From the human T2T-CHM13v2.0 reference genome, Homo sapiens: a stretch of 64,000 nt of DNA. The stretch lies in NCBI RefSeq assembly GCF_009914755.1, contig NC_060938.1. One strand, 5' to 3'. The notes beneath the pieces were generated by a model. The model saw nothing but the letters and a program-made list of their open reading frames with translations. It ran no database searches and was not told the DNA's origin. Both the position numbers and the translations under genes were made by a program. The first letter of the stretch is position 1, and each line of letters begins with the position of its first letter. This document shows, piece after piece, positions 1-20,414 of this stretch.

Positions 1-75
1 ATGGAATTTGTTAATTTTTTTCTCTTTAAAATGAGCAGCCTTTTCTGTCTCCTAAGGCACAGTATTTATAATTGC

Positions 76-413
<338 letters not shown>

Positions 414-689
414 TAACCGTTCAGTATATCAGTGACTTGCGGCAGGAGATGTGTTGAAGTAAGTTAGATAATACTGACATGATTTCCAAAGCCTGTCCTA
501 AGACCTTCTGAGCACTGCCACCTTAACATACTGGTTCTAAGATATTGGTGACTCAGGATTAATTTAATGACTGAAAAGAGTCATTGTTGTAAACAAATTC
601 TAAGGCAAGAGTGCCTTAAATATTCTTACATGGAGAATTTTTTTTTTCTGCTTTACTGTCTTGAGTAATATCTTTTGTTTTACTTGTAG

Positions 690-2807
690 ATTTGATGGTC
701 CTCGAAGATTTGAGGATTTAGGGTCAAGGTGTGAAGGACCGAGACCCAAAGGGCCTCGTTTTGAAGGAAATCGCCCCGATGGGCCAAGACCCAGATATGA
801 AGGTCACCCAGCAGAGGGCACTAAAAGCAAGTGGGGAATGATTCCCCGGGGGCCAGCATCTCAATTTTATATTACCCCCAGTACATCCCTAAGTCCTCGA
901 CAGAGTGGACCACAGTGGAAAGGCCCCAAACCAGCTTTTGGACAGCAGCATCAGCAGCAACCTAAGTCACAAGCAGAACCTCTTTCAGGAAACAAAGAAC
1001 CATTAGCAGACACCAGTAGTAACCAGCAGAAGAATTTTAAAATGCAATCAGCTGCATTTTCCATTGCTGCAGATGTAAAGGATGTCAAGGCGGCTCAGTC
1101 AAATGAGAATCTAAGCGACTCTCAACAAGAGCCACCTAAAAGTGAAGTCTCGGAAGGGCCCGTAGAGCCCTCTAATTGGGACCAGAATGTTCAAAGTATG
1201 GAGACTCAAATCGACAAAGCCCAAGCTGTTACTCAGCCTGTACCCCTTGCGAATAAGCCTGTACCTGCTCAATCTACTTTTCCTTCAAAAACAGGGGGGA
1301 TGGAGGGAGGAACAGCAGTAGCAACATCATCATTAACAGCAGATAATGATTTTAAACCTGTGGGTATTGGTCTACCCCATTCAGAAAACAACCAAGATAA
1401 AGGCCTGCCTCGGCCAGATAATAGAGATAATAGATTAGAAGGCAATAGAGGCAACAGCTCATCTTACAGAGGTCCTGGGCAAAGCAGAATGGAAGACACA
1501 CGGGATAAAGGTCTAGTAAACAGAGGTCGCGGCCAGGCAATCAGTCGAGGCCCAGGATTGGTCAAGCAAGAAGACTTTCGGGATAAGATGATGGGTAGAA
1601 GAGAAGATAGTCGAGAGAAGATGAACAGAGGAGAAGGTAGCCGGGACAGAGGGTTGGTGAGGCCTGGAAGCAGTCGGGAGAAAGTGCCAGGTGGTCTTCA
1701 AGGGAGCCAGGACAGGGGTGCAGCTGGCAGCCGAGAAAGGGGACCACCTCGGAGGGCTGGCAGTCAGGAGAGGGGACCTCTTCGAAGGGCTGGGAGTAGA
1801 GAGAGAATACCACCCCGAAGAGCTGGGAGCAGGGAGAGAGGACCACCTCGAGGGCCTGGCAGTCGAGAAAGGGGACTGGGAAGATCAGATTTTGGTCGTG
1901 ATAGAGGTCCATTCAGACCAGAACCAGGAGATGGTGGGGAAAAAATGTATCCATATCACCGGGATGAGCCTCCTAGGGCTCCATGGAACCATGGAGAAGA
2001 GCGAGGGCATGAAGAGTTTCCATTAGATGGTAGAAATGCTCCAATGGAACGAGAAAGACTCGATGACTGGGATAGAGAGAGATACTGGAGAGAATGTGAA
2101 CGTGACTATCAAGATGATACACTAGAGCTCTATAACAGAGAGGACAGGTTCTCAGCACCACCATCTCGGTCTCATGATGGAGATAGGCGAGGCCCTTGGT
2201 GGGATGATTGGGAGAGAGACCAGGATATGGATGAGGACTACAATAGGGAAATGGAAAGGGACATGGACAGGGATGTGGATCGGATTTCAAGACCTATGGA
2301 TATGTATGATAGAAGTTTGGATAATGAGTGGGACAGAGATTATGGGAGACCACTGGATGAACAAGAATCACAGTTTCGTGAACGGGATATTCCATCTCTT
2401 CCACCTTTACCGCCCCTCCCACCTCTTCCACCTTTGGATAGATATCGGGATGATAGATGGAGAGAAGAAAGAAATCGAGAGCATGGGTATGATCGAGATT
2501 TCCGTGATAGGGGTGAGTTGAGGATTCGAGAGTATCCAGAAAGAGGAGATACATGGCGGGAAAAGCGAGATTATGTTCCTGACAGAATGGACTGGGAAAG
2601 AGAACGGTTGTCAGACAGATGGTACCCATCTGATGTGGATAGACATTCCCCCATGGCGGAACATATGCCCTCCTCACATCATTCCTCAGAAATGATGGGG
2701 TCCGATGCAAGCTTAGACTCTGACCAAGGCCTTGGAGGGGTAATGGTTCTCAGTCAGAGGCAGCATGAAATCATTTTGAAAGCTGCACAAGAACTGAAAA
2801 TGCTTCG
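690..2807 (+). CDS. YLPM1: YLPM1 giant internal coding exon (nominal exon 5; 2118 nt, 706 codons, phase 2-2), low-complexity R/G/D/E/P-rich region
   Basis: Acceptor ttacttgtag|A at 689/690 and donor CTTCG|gtaagt at 2807/2808. Lies in the 716-aa ORF 661..2811; the protein is recognised as YLPM1/ZAP3. Confidence 0.95.
1723..1887 (+). repeat. Coding minisatellite, 5 x 33 nt (AGSRERGPPRR-type 11-aa unit)
   Basis: Units start at 1723, 1756, 1789, 1822 and 1855. Confidence 0.9.
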
Positions 2808-4689
2808 GTAAGTTGACTCCTTCAGATCCTTTCTTTTAATAAAAACCACATTCAGACTGCTCTTTTTAAAGTGATATGATATATTTGAATGGAATCATTT
2901 TACTTCAAGTTCTTATCACATACTTTTAATTTATATTTCTGGTCATTCAGTGCTGTTTTAGGGTTAGAATGGGTATTTAGGAACTGTGTTAATGATAAAC
3001 TTATGCCCTAAGATGTGAAAATTGATTGCTGTCTTGGCCTTTGTAGAAGTGTTGCTGGCATGCCATGCCTGTGCATGTTTCAAGTGTCAAACTTCAACTT
3101 TTCAGTGCTCTGGATTTCACAGGGTTCATGTGTAACCTTCATTTTTTCCAGTAATCAGTTTGTTCTTTGGTATTAGATCTGATAGACTTTATATTCACTA
3201 ATCATTGATAAAACTTTGGAAAGTGCTGTATTTTTCTTTGTTGAAGCTAAGAATGGTTTGCTTAGGAGCATCCTCAGATTTGTCTTAACTATTGATACTT
3301 TCTTTTGGGGATGTTTTATCTTTCATTATAACTAAAAGCAGATATTTCTCCTTGAGGATGTTATTTGTTTCTACATAACCAAATGTTTTCTTTGTGAAAT
3401 GGAAAATAGGATTTCTTGACTTACAATCAACTGTGTATAGGTATCTACATAATTTTCCTCTTTTCTTGTGGTAACAACAATAACAAAAGCTAACATTTAT
3501 TGCATGCTTACTCCGGGCCAGGAACTGTACTAAGTGTGTTGTGTATAATAAACTCATTTAATCCTTAAACCAGCTGTATCTTGGGATAGGAATTTAGAAG
3601 TCAGTGACAGATTGAAAACTTTTTTAAAGCAATTTTTTTGAGAAAGTCAATTAATGATTAGGTTTTGATAAATTCCAATGTATTTCTTCCATTTTTCAAT
3701 TCTGGTTTACATTTGTGGATCTTAACAATAAATTATAACTTAAACTTTAGAACTAGGAAAGAAAAATACGGTGAAGAAAAGGTAATGATGAAAGACCAGA
3801 TATGGCAGGTTTGTATGGTCTATAGCTAAGAGGTTTATTTTTTCCAGATTACTCATGAAGAAAATGTGGAAAGCATGCTATAGAATATTTAGCTACTACA
3901 CTATTCACTTTTAAGTTATAGACACCTTTAATTTTAACACCTACCGTGTAACTGGGCACTTGCTAATAATTGAGTGTATATTATGTCAGTCTGTCTATCT
4001 CAAAGGCCTGCAAAGATAAGGTAGTATTATCCCCACTTCACAAATGACACTAAAGTTCAAAGAGGTTAAGTTCCCTTGGCTAGTAAGTGGCAAACCCGGC
4101 CTTTGAACTCAATCTGTCTAAAACTCTAAAATCTGTGTTATTTATGGAGAATACCAAGCTGATTGGTGTTGTTAAGCTGCCAAGGTTTCTTTTTTTTTCC
4201 TTTTTAAATTTCTTTTTAATTCGTTATTGCTTTGCATGGTAATGCTGGATAAAAGGTGCTGCTGCTGCTTCATCCTTTTTTAAAGCTTTCTAGGCAACAT
4301 GAACATAATTAAACAATATATAGGGAGTGATGGATAATGTCATAGCCGAATACAAGTCGTTTATGTTGTGTCAGTGTAAAGTCGTAAGGAGTATCATAAG
4401 GGATGTGATGATGGGATTTACCTGAGCAGTAAATAATCTTACACACTTGACCCTTACTTTGTGGTCCCTCATTTGTGGACCCTCATTTGGGTCACTTTAA
4501 TGTAAGGAGAAAATTGTAAAAGGTCTTAAGAAATTGTAGTGGATTTTACCTATGTTTAAGGTAGGCATTGTGAAAAAAAGTAAAAGGAATTTCGTCAGTT
4601 TAAAGAAAAAACCGAAGGATTACATAATTATCTTCAGGAATATGAAATGTTGTTTTTAAAGGTATAGACTGACAGTTGTTCTCACCATC

Positions 4690-5025
4690 TACAGCAGGGG
4701 CCATAAATTAAAATGTCCCCAAGAATCAGATAACAAAAATGAGTGAAAGTGGGCCAAGTATAACTCTGTAGAGTACGGTGAAGATTGTGACAGGTTGTTT
4801 CATCTAACATGGGCAGCCTCTACTGCACTCAGCTGATTGTTGGCATGTGGGAATGTAGGCCTGGTGTTACCATATCTCTTTAAGATTTGAATTTATATAT
4901 GAAATATTTTGCTTTGTAAATATGACAGCTAATTTCAAATTTTAAAAACTAATGTGAAAGCCACATTTTGAAAACCTTTTTAGGCCATATTTGGCCCATG
5001 GGCCACCATTTTGCAACCTCTGGTC
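4690..5025. mobile_element. Probable hAT/Charlie-type MER relic; a related copy lies near 44490-44800
   Basis: Terminal ...ggcccatgggccaccattttgcaacctctg motif, and a shared gattg(t)tggc(c)atgtggg core with the 44600 region. Confidence 0.4.
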
Positions 5026-5044
5026 TAAAGAGTTGAAAAAAATA

Positions 5045-5368
<324 letters not shown>

Positions 5369-5664
5369 TTAAAGAAAAACATAACAAGTAGATGAGATAG
5401 TAGAAAACAACTGAGGCAGGTTGTAGAATCTATTCTTGAATATCTTCAATAATTTATAATTATTTATATGTCTTAAATGACTGATGAGTTAGCTACATAA
5501 AAGCAAAAGAGGGTAATCCTGGAGCTGCTCAGTGTATGGCCACTGCAGAGAATTTTAGGACAAGGATTTTTTAGGTCTCCTTTTTTTAATTAAATATTAA
5601 TTGTAGTCACTTAGGAATGGAATAAGCATGCTTTATGTACTATGTCAATTTTATTTGTTTGCAG

Positions 5665-5785
5665 GGAACAGAAAGAACAGCTTCAAAAGATGAAAGACTT
5701 CGGGTCTGAGCCACAGATGGCTGACCATCTACCACCTCAGGAATCAAGATTGCAGAATACATCTTCAAGACCTGGAATGTATCCG
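5665..5785 (+). CDS. YLPM1: YLPM1 coding exon (EQKEQLQKMKDF...RPGMYP)
   Basis: tttgcag|G acceptor and CCG|gtatgg donor; continues the frame from 2807. Confidence 0.93.
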
Positions 5786-6085
5786 GTATGGGAGAATGTG
5801 TGCTCAGAAAATGAAATGGTTTCTACTTTGTATGTTTCTATGTTGTTTGATTTTTTTTAGAAGTTGAATAAATAACAAATTTCCTCTATAAAATGTAAAT
5901 TTTGGAAACTTAAAAGTTTATGGTAATTGAACTTTGAACACCTTAAAAGCATGTTCAAAAGTGTGGTAGAGATGCTCCTTTTCCCCAGATTTTGATAAGT
6001 ACACCAAGTACACCTGAACTACATAGCTTCTGTTCACAAAATGGTAGAATTTTTCTAATAATTTTTATGTTAAAATAGTCCTGTT

Positions 6086-6220
6086 GGCTGGGCATAGTGG
6101 CTCACACCTGTAATTCTAGCACTTTGGGAGGCTAAGGCGAGAGGATTGCTTGAGCCCAGGAGTTTGACACCAGCCTTCGCAAAATGGTGAGACCCCTATC
6201 TCTACCAAAAAAAAAAAAAA
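6086..6220 (+). mobile_element. FLAM / Alu left monomer
   Basis: Monomer with A-tail; TSD agtcctgtt. Confidence 0.9.
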
Positions 6221-6984
6221 GTCCTGTTTTCCATCTAGGCAGGGCTAGATGTGGGCCTCGTGATGCTTCCTACCTCTTCAGGCTACTAGTCCTTCAGATG
6301 GGGAAATGTCATACCCCAGTACATACTTCAGAACTGTTCAGGCAGTATGAAAAGGGGTGTTTATGTTAAAGACTTGAGTAATTAAGTTCTCCTTTTTTTC
6401 CCAAGAGCATGCCAGGACTTCTTTTATTTTTGTTATTTTACCTTTAAGCCAGTAATGGGCTTTTCAAATGTTTAAAATGTTATCTTGCAGGTAGTTTTAT
6501 GACAGCATAATGAAGAAAACAGCTCTACTGAACCTCTACTGAACCATTTCATCAAATTAACACTTTTCATTTCTCAGTGTTCCCTTCCATCCTGGTCTAA
6601 TACTTAACAGTAAGACATAGTTGTTGACATCAGTGACCACCATGGTGTTGTTGACTCCCCAGATCGGATCTCCTGACCTTTGTACGCATCTACCTGTCTG
6701 CAGGGTTTCTGTCTGTGGATGTGACTCCTGTCAAATGCAGCATATTCAAAATGGGGCTCGTTATCATACCCCATTAAATTGTCTTTTTTCCTCACCATCA
6801 CCTAGTCACCCTAACTTGAAACCTGAAAATCAACCCTCCATCTTGCTCCATCTTGCTGATTTGTCCTACCCTGCTGCTGATTGATTTTACCTCCTTTGAA
6901 TCAAATTCTCAAGTATAATTACACCCATTTTAAGCCTATAGTTCGAGTTTTGACAGATGTATACCAAAAGATAAAAAAATTCTC

Positions 6985-7335
<351 letters not shown>

Positions 7336-8083
7336 CTACCCCTATACTCCACTTCAGGCAGCGTCGATGTGATTTGTGGCCAGATGGACATTTTAAAACA
7401 AATCTCACCATGTGGCTACCTGGCTTTAAAACTTCAATGTTCTCCCATGCCTTCAGGATGAAATTTAGAATCTCTTGCATGACTTTCTTGTTCTTCCTGA
7501 GCTGGCCTGACCTCTGCTGACCATTGCTTGCTACTCCACTCTCTGATGCTTCATTTTCCCTCCACATAGAGCTACTTAACAATTTTGTGAATGTGCTAGA
7601 TTCTTTTACTTCTTCATTCCTTTGCGTATGCATGTTGTTCTCTAAGCCTAGAGTCTTTTCTTTGCCTTCCCATCCCCTCCTGCAACTGGCTAATGTTTGT
7701 TTATCTTTTACAACTCAGCTCTACTATTTTCTCTTCCACCTATGTAGGGCAATTACCCTTGTACATACCCTGTAACATCTTGTACTAGTCTTTGTTGTCA
7801 TCTTTATTATGTTGCATTTTGAGTGTCTGTTTTCTTGTCTTTCTTTCTAAATTGAGTCCATAAGATAATAACTATATCTTTCATCTTTGTGTGTCTTAGT
7901 AAATAGAAGCGCCAGATTGTACATCCACATTTCTGCTTTATTTGCTTAACAAATCATAATCATCTTTCCATATTGTTATATGCTATATTATTTTTTGATT
8001 TACAATAATTTATTGAATTAATTCAATTTCTGTTGGAATTTGTTTCTAATCTTTCACTGTTATTCTTAATATTACCCTAATGA

Positions 8084-9738
<1,655 letters not shown>

Positions 9739-10511
9739 CTATACTATAGCCTCGTAAGCATTAGCTACTTAATATTTTTGGTATATTTAATAATTTTAAT
9801 ACAGCATTTTTGATTACTAGTGAACATGAATATTTTCCCATATTTGTTAATTATACTTTCCTCTTACAGAAATTCTGTTTGTGTCCTTCACCCATTTATC
9901 TGTTTGAGTCAGGTTTTTTTTTTTTAAATTAACTCATTATCCTTAATATAATATAGATATTAACCCTTTCTCATATAAACAATAATTTTAAAAAATGTAT
10001 CTTTTACTTTCACTATATAGAATGAAGAAAGCAGTTTTTAAAAAATTTATAAGTATACATCTATGAGATCTTAAGATATTTAAAACTTGTCTTGATAGAT
10101 CTACCCAGACTGAATAGCTTCATCCTATATTGGCATTTTCTTGACAAAGTTTACCATGCCATACTTTAAAAGTTTACCTTTAGGTAATAGCCATTTGTCT
10201 TTAACTGTAGCCAGTAGTTACCTCCAGTCAAATAATGTTCCTTCTGTATTAGTCAACTCCATTTTATTATTCAGAAAGTTTATTTTTAAAGTACTGTGTA
10301 TATATGGGCAAATATATAAATAATGTATATTGTGGGCTCTCCAGGATCTAAAATAGCGTCAATAAAGAAAAAACATCCTAGAATAACAGAGAAGTAAAAA
10401 ACCAAAACAAAACAAAAAACAAAAAAATAAAACCAAACCAGCCAGACACAGTGAACTAAGAAATGGGAAGTAAGTGTTTGAATCACACTTACAAAGATTA
10501 AAATAGAGACT

Positions 10512-10646
10512 AGGCATGGTGGCTCACACCTGTAATCCCAGCACTTTGGGAGGCTGAAGCGAGAAGATTACTTGAGGCCTGGAGTTCAAGACCAGCCTGG
10601 GCAACATAGCAAGACCCCGTCTTTACCAAAGAAAGAATAAAAATAA
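10512..10646 (+). mobile_element. FLAM / Alu left monomer
   Basis: Monomer consensus with an A-rich tail. Confidence 0.88.
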
Positions 10647-11199
10647 AATGTATTTGGCAACTGGGTTTCAATATTGAGTAGATAGGACCAATCTGCCAAG
10701 AAGTCCTACCATCTCCATCATAGACATTTCTGATGGTAACTGGTGATGCTTTGGGAAAACAAATGGAAGGAGGGCACACAACAGTGGCACTCCTTAGATT
10801 ACTAGATGTTCATTTAGTTTATTTTGTTGTTTCATAGTACTCATGTTCTCTGTTGGTCTCAGCTTCACCACAGATGACTATTGTCAACCAGATAACTGAA
10901 AGGAACAGAAGTGTGGAGGCTATCTAGGATTTCTCTCACTGAAAATTTACTGTTTTTGTGGAGGAGATAGGTCTCTAGAGTAGGAAGATAGTTCTTATTT
11001 ATTTATTCATTTCTCTCCTTCCTGCACACTGAGCATAGGAAGATAGTTCTTAACCGAGGGTTATAAATCAGAATTATTCATGGAGGGTTTTTTTAAAATT
11101 TTGAATTACTGGTGGGACCCCACCTACAGAAGTTCAGTAGATTTGGTATTGGCCTGGGACATTTGAATCTTACGTGGCTACCACCCTAATTTGGAGTAT

Positions 11200-12430
<1,231 letters not shown>

Positions 12431-12486
12431 ATCTATAAAAACATAGTGGTATACTTGTCCACTAAGCTATTTATTCTGTTCTGTAG

Positions 12487-12904
12487 CCTCCAGGGTCGTA
12501 TAGACCTCCCCCTCCTATGGGCAAACCACCAGGTTCAATTGTAAGACCCTCTGCTCCACCAGCAAGATCATCTGTTCCTGTGACCAGGCCACCTGTCCCA
12601 ATACCACCACCTCCACCTCCTCCACCTCTACCTCCTCCTCCTCCAGTGATAAAGCCACAAACTTCAGCTGTAGAACAGGAACGATGGGATGAAGATTCTT
12701 TCTATGGGCTCTGGGATACAAATGATGAACAAGGACTGAATTCAGAATTTAAGTCAGAAACTGCAGCAATTCCATCTGCTCCAGTATTACCACCCCCACC
12801 TGTTCACTCTTCCATTCCCCCTCCTGGCCCAGTGCCTATGGGTATGCCACCAATGTCCAAGCCACCACCAGTACAACAGACTGTTGATTATGGCCATGGC
12901 CGAG
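12487..12904 (+). CDS. YLPM1: YLPM1 coding exon, polyproline-rich (PPGSYRPPPPMGKPP...DYGHGR)
   Basis: ctgtag|C acceptor and CGAG|gtgagt donor; in frame with ORF 12517..12912. Confidence 0.93.
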
Positions 12905-13016
12905 GTGAGTAATGATAGTGCACTTGTATTTGGGATTCTACAGGAATTGTTAGCTTCAGCTTTAGCTTTCTCTAGCTTCACTCTTACAGTACTTTATCTC
13001 TGATTTTGTTTACCAG

Positions 13017-13109
13017 ATATATCCACTAATAAAGTTGAACAGATACCTTATGGAGAAAGAATAACTCTACGCCCAGATCCACTACCTGAAAGATCAACTT
13101 TTGAGACAG
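13017..13109 (+). CDS. YLPM1: YLPM1 coding exon (ISTNKVEQIPYGERITLRPDPLPERSTFET)
   Basis: taccag|A acceptor and ACAG|gtagga donor; 93 nt, phase 1-1, open frame. Confidence 0.92.
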
Positions 13110-13331
13110 GTAGGATTCCCAGAGAGGTCAGTATTTTTAAACATTTTAGGGCCTAATTATCACATGATTTTCCTTTTGGTGAGATTATCTGAGCCTCCAT
13201 TTAATACAGCTAAAAGATTCTTAGTTGAATTTATGGCAAAAATTTATACCAGCTCTGAAGTTAGATTTATAGTTTTCTGCTTTTATTTCTATAAAAGGGA
13301 TATAGTTATTTTGTACTAATTGTTTTTGTAG

Positions 13332-13527
13332 AGCATGCAGGCCAACGTGATCGTTATGATAGAGAAAGAGATCGTGAGCCTTATTTTGATCGTCAAAGTA
13401 ATGTCATAGCAGATCATCGAGATTTTAAAAGGGATCGTGAGACACATAGAGATCGAGACCGGGATCGTGGTGTTATTGACTATGACCGGGATCGATTTGA
13501 CAGAGAACGCCGACCCCGAGATGATAG
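13332..13527 (+). CDS. YLPM1: YLPM1 coding exon, RD/RE mixed-charge repeats
   Basis: ttttgtag|A acceptor and GATAG|gtatgc donor; translates HAGQRDRYDRERDREPYFDR...RRPRDD. Confidence 0.92.
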
Positions 13528-13790
13528 GTATGCTATAAAACAATCTTTGCTAGGTGTACAAATTACTGTATACTTAACAGTAAAAGTTTAAGAGAAATTT
13601 AATAAGTAACATATTCTTCTCATGCATGTGTATATGTAATTTGGAGGGGGAAGAACAATTCTGGACCAGTTTTCAGGAAAGTAGGTCCTTGACTTGGTAG
13701 CTTGAATTCCAGAGAATTAAATGGGAGATGGAGATAGCCAGAAGGGAATGGAAATGGTATTGTCAATAAAGGTGCAGTCATACTCAGTAG

Positions 13791-14267
<477 letters not shown>

Positions 14268-14293
14268 TAAATCTAAATGAAAAAGCAAAGTCA

Positions 14294-14601
<308 letters not shown>

Positions 14602-14726
14602 GTAAACATTTACTATGTGGAGTACCTTCCTATAGAGAAAATTGGGCAGTTAATGCTGTTGCGTTATAAAGCAGAGAACCCCAAATATTTTTTATTTGCT
14701 GAAGCACTTCCTATTACACCTTCTAG

Positions 14727-14845
14727 AGCTCAGTCATATCGAGACAAAAAAGACCATTCCTCATCCAGAAGAGGGGGTTTTGATAGGCCATCCTATGACC
14801 GGAAGTCTGACCGACCAGTCTATGAAGGACCATCCATGTTTGGAG
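14727..14845 (+). CDS. YLPM1: YLPM1 coding exon (AQSYRDKKDH...GPSMFG)
   Basis: ttctag|A acceptor and GGAG|gtagag donor; matches the frame of ORF 14617..14865. Confidence 0.92.
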
Positions 14846-15734
14846 GTAGAGTGATGCCTTATTAACTACAAGGATGTTGAGAATGTAAAGCATGGGAGAT
14901 GCTTTCCATTGTAGCTATGAATTTAAACTTTTAGAGTAAAACGTATTCACAGATTTCTTAGAGCTGGTGGCATTGTCCTAAAAAATAGCAGTGTAATTAA
15001 TGAAATAAAGCATGTTTATTTTTAAAACAAAGTAGAATCAAAATTACTGATAGTCTCACTACCTACCATACTACAGCTATTATAATTTTGTAGCTTTCCT
15101 CTCATTCGCTCTTTACAGACATATTTATGAAGTTGTAATCAAAGTATAATAATACAATTTCTTTATCGTGATTGTTCTGATTGATATTGCACCATACACA
15201 TTTTTCATATGTAAACCTATTTTATTAATGGCTCTGTGACATTCCATTGAGTGGATAAAATATAAGACCAAGACCCTTATTCTTAGTTATTTAGGTTGCT
15301 TTTAGTTTTTCACTGCTATGATTTACACTTAAACTAGAAACTCATACCTATTTTTAGGAACAGGCTCTCCTAAGATGGTATAACTCTTACTCTTAAAACC
15401 ATAAAGCAGAAGTTACAGAACTTAGGACTATCCAGCAAAGCATTTATTATTCTTCCATGTCCTGTTGCTTAACTTTCCTACATTTAATACAAACAAGGAT
15501 GAATTCAGTGTTTTGCAGAACATTCTATTTGCCTGAAATCATACTTAAATCTTCTCATTTTCTTGACTTCAGTAGATTTTACATTACCTTAAATTTTCTC
15601 TAATTAAAGTTAAAAGTGGCCCCAAAATCACTGGACTTGGTTTGAATTATATTACCTTAGGATGTGTGGGGAGAGTTGAATTTCAAAATAATTACTCTAC
15701 AAATAGTAATTTTGTTCAACTGCTGGAATCCTAG

Positions 15735-15889
15735 GAGAACGAAGGACTTATCCTGAGGAGCGAATGCCTCTGCCAGCTCCTTCACTGAGCCACCAGCCAC
15801 CTCCAGCTCCACGAGTCGAGAAGAAGCCTGAATCAAAGAATGTGGACGATATTTTGAAACCACCGGGCCGGGAGAGCAGACCTGAGAGA
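15735..15889 (+). CDS. YLPM1: YLPM1 coding exon (ERRTYPEERMPLPAP...RESRPER)
   Basis: cctag|G acceptor with a weak pyrimidine tract and AGA|gtgagt donor; frame matches ORF 15764. Confidence 0.9.
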
Positions 15890-16374
15890 GTGAGTCCTAT
15901 GAAGTTGATTCGTCTTCGTGCAAACCAGAAGATAAGAGATCTTGTTAATATCCTGAAAAGAATTTCTTTATTTTTCTGCAACATAGTAATAATATCAGAT
16001 TCAAGACGTTTTACTATCTCTAAATCACCATATAATCTCATAAATGGCCTACACTATAGAATCTTTAAGAATTTAGCACTAAAGTACTTGGCAAAAAAGA
16101 TGTTGAATTTTAAAACATATTAATGAGACCTCAATTAATTGCGCGTTGAAGAGAGGAAAAGTGGATTTGGTTTTATGGTGTGTGGAATAGAAAGGGAGAA
16201 TTAGGAGACTTGATTAGCTTAGGCTTAATTTCCTAGTGACCTCCAAATGTGCGCATTCTATTAAATTTGTCTTATTACAGAATAATTAGACTGACTCCAT
16301 TTGAATTAACTGGTACTGGAGATTTCAGCCAGATATTTTAATTCCATATATACAGAATTAATAGATTGTTGTTT

Positions 16375-19230
<2,856 letters not shown>

Positions 19231-19308
19231 GGTCATTGTTAACTGTTATCTCATTGCAGAAAATTTTCTCTCAGTGATTTTTTTTTTTTTTGGTCTATTC
19301 TGTTTCAG

Positions 19309-19371
19309 ATTGTTGTTATAATGAGAGGATTACCTGGCAGTGGAAAGACACATGTTGCAAAACTTATTCGA
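19309..19371 (+). CDS. YLPM1: YLPM1 coding exon with Walker A P-loop (IVVIMRGLPGSGKTHVAKLIR)
   Basis: tttcag|A acceptor and CGA|gtgagt donor; GxxGxGKT motif follows a hydrophobic strand. Confidence 0.95.
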
Positions 19372-19676
19372 GTGAGTATGGGGAAGCTGAAAAATCAGCT
19401 GCTTGTGCTGCTTGTGTTAGTAGTCACTTGCCTTCTTATTAATAGCAAGCAACATAATGCCAATAGAATTGTCTTCCATTTGATCCATTACAGTTGGCCC
19501 ATGTGGTAGATGTTGTCCCATATATATTTTTATCTACTCAGAGAAACATTTTTGCCTCTGCTTGATTTGAAACCACCAGAAGATTGTATATTATTTAGCC
19601 ACAAGAGGGAACTTTGGTGTGAACATTAATTTATTCCATAAATTCGTTTTAACCTTCTTGACTGTATGATTCTTAG

Positions 19677-19796
19677 GATAAGGAGGTAGAATTTGGAGGA
19701 CCTGCACCCAGAGTTCTAAGCCTGGATGATTACTTCATCACTGAAGTGGAAAAAGAAGAAAAAGATCCAGATTCTGGAAAGAAAGTGAAAAAGAAG
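19677..19796 (+). CDS. YLPM1: YLPM1 coding exon (DKEVEFGGPAPRVLSLDDYF...GKKVKKK)
   Basis: tcttag|G acceptor and AAG|gtatgg donor; 120 nt, phase 0-0. Confidence 0.93.
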
Positions 19797-20036
19797 GTAT
19801 GGTATTCATCTCAGATCTCGTTCTGATTCATTAATAGTATTTAAAGGAAAATGTGTTTGGAGAGAAATGTGGCTTTTTTGAGGGCAGGGACCTCTCTCTT
19901 TTCCGAACACAGTACTTTAGTACTTGGGTGTGAAGGAAAGACTACAAAGTCATCTCTATCCAAATACTAACCAAGGAAAAGGTTTTGGATGATTCTTTGC
20001 TTTTGCTAATTCCATATCTCTTTTGGGGGACCTTAG

Positions 20037-20213
20037 GTAATGGAATATGAATATGAAGCTGAGATGGAGGAGACTTACCGCACCAGCATGTTCAAAACTT
20101 TCAAAAAGACTCTGGATGATGGCTTTTTTCCCTTCATCATCCTGGATGCCATCAATGACAGAGTTAGGCATTTTGACCAGTTTTGGAGTGCAGCAAAAAC
20201 CAAGGGATTTGAG
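20037..20213 (+). CDS. YLPM1: YLPM1 coding exon (VMEYEYEAEM...FIILDAIND...TKGFE)
   Basis: ccttag|G acceptor and GAG|gtagaa donor; matches ORF 20040..20225; contains a Walker B-like hhhhD. Confidence 0.93.
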
Positions 20214-20299
20214 GTAGAAGCTTAAAGAACTTTAAAGTACTTTGTGTTGTCATGTAAATGTTATATATCTTTGCCTAATTATTATTCATTCTTGCTTAG

Positions 20300-20383
20300 G
20301 TATATTTGGCTGAAATGAGTGCAGATAACCAGACTTGTGGCAAGAGAAATATTCATGGAAGAAAGCTTAAAGAAATAAATAAG
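20300..20383 (+). CDS. YLPM1: YLPM1 coding exon (VYLAEMSADNQTCGKRNIHGRKLKEINK)
   Basis: gcttag|G acceptor after an 86-nt intron, and AAG|gtgatt donor. Confidence 0.92.
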
Positions 20384-20414
20384 GTGATTTTAAGAAACAT
20401 AGAATAATAGAGTA

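Noticed and set aside
520-527. CCTTAAC U12-like branch motif upstream of the giant exon
   Set aside because: About 160 nt from the acceptor, which has an ordinary U2 pyrimidine tract.
1269-2710. Several overlapping antisense and alternate-frame ORFs within the giant exon
   Set aside because: Shadow ORFs of a purine-rich repetitive coding strand; no independent signals.
12487-12493. Alternative acceptor cctccag 7 nt into the exon
   Set aside because: Would shift the frame; the tag at 12486 keeps the reading frame.
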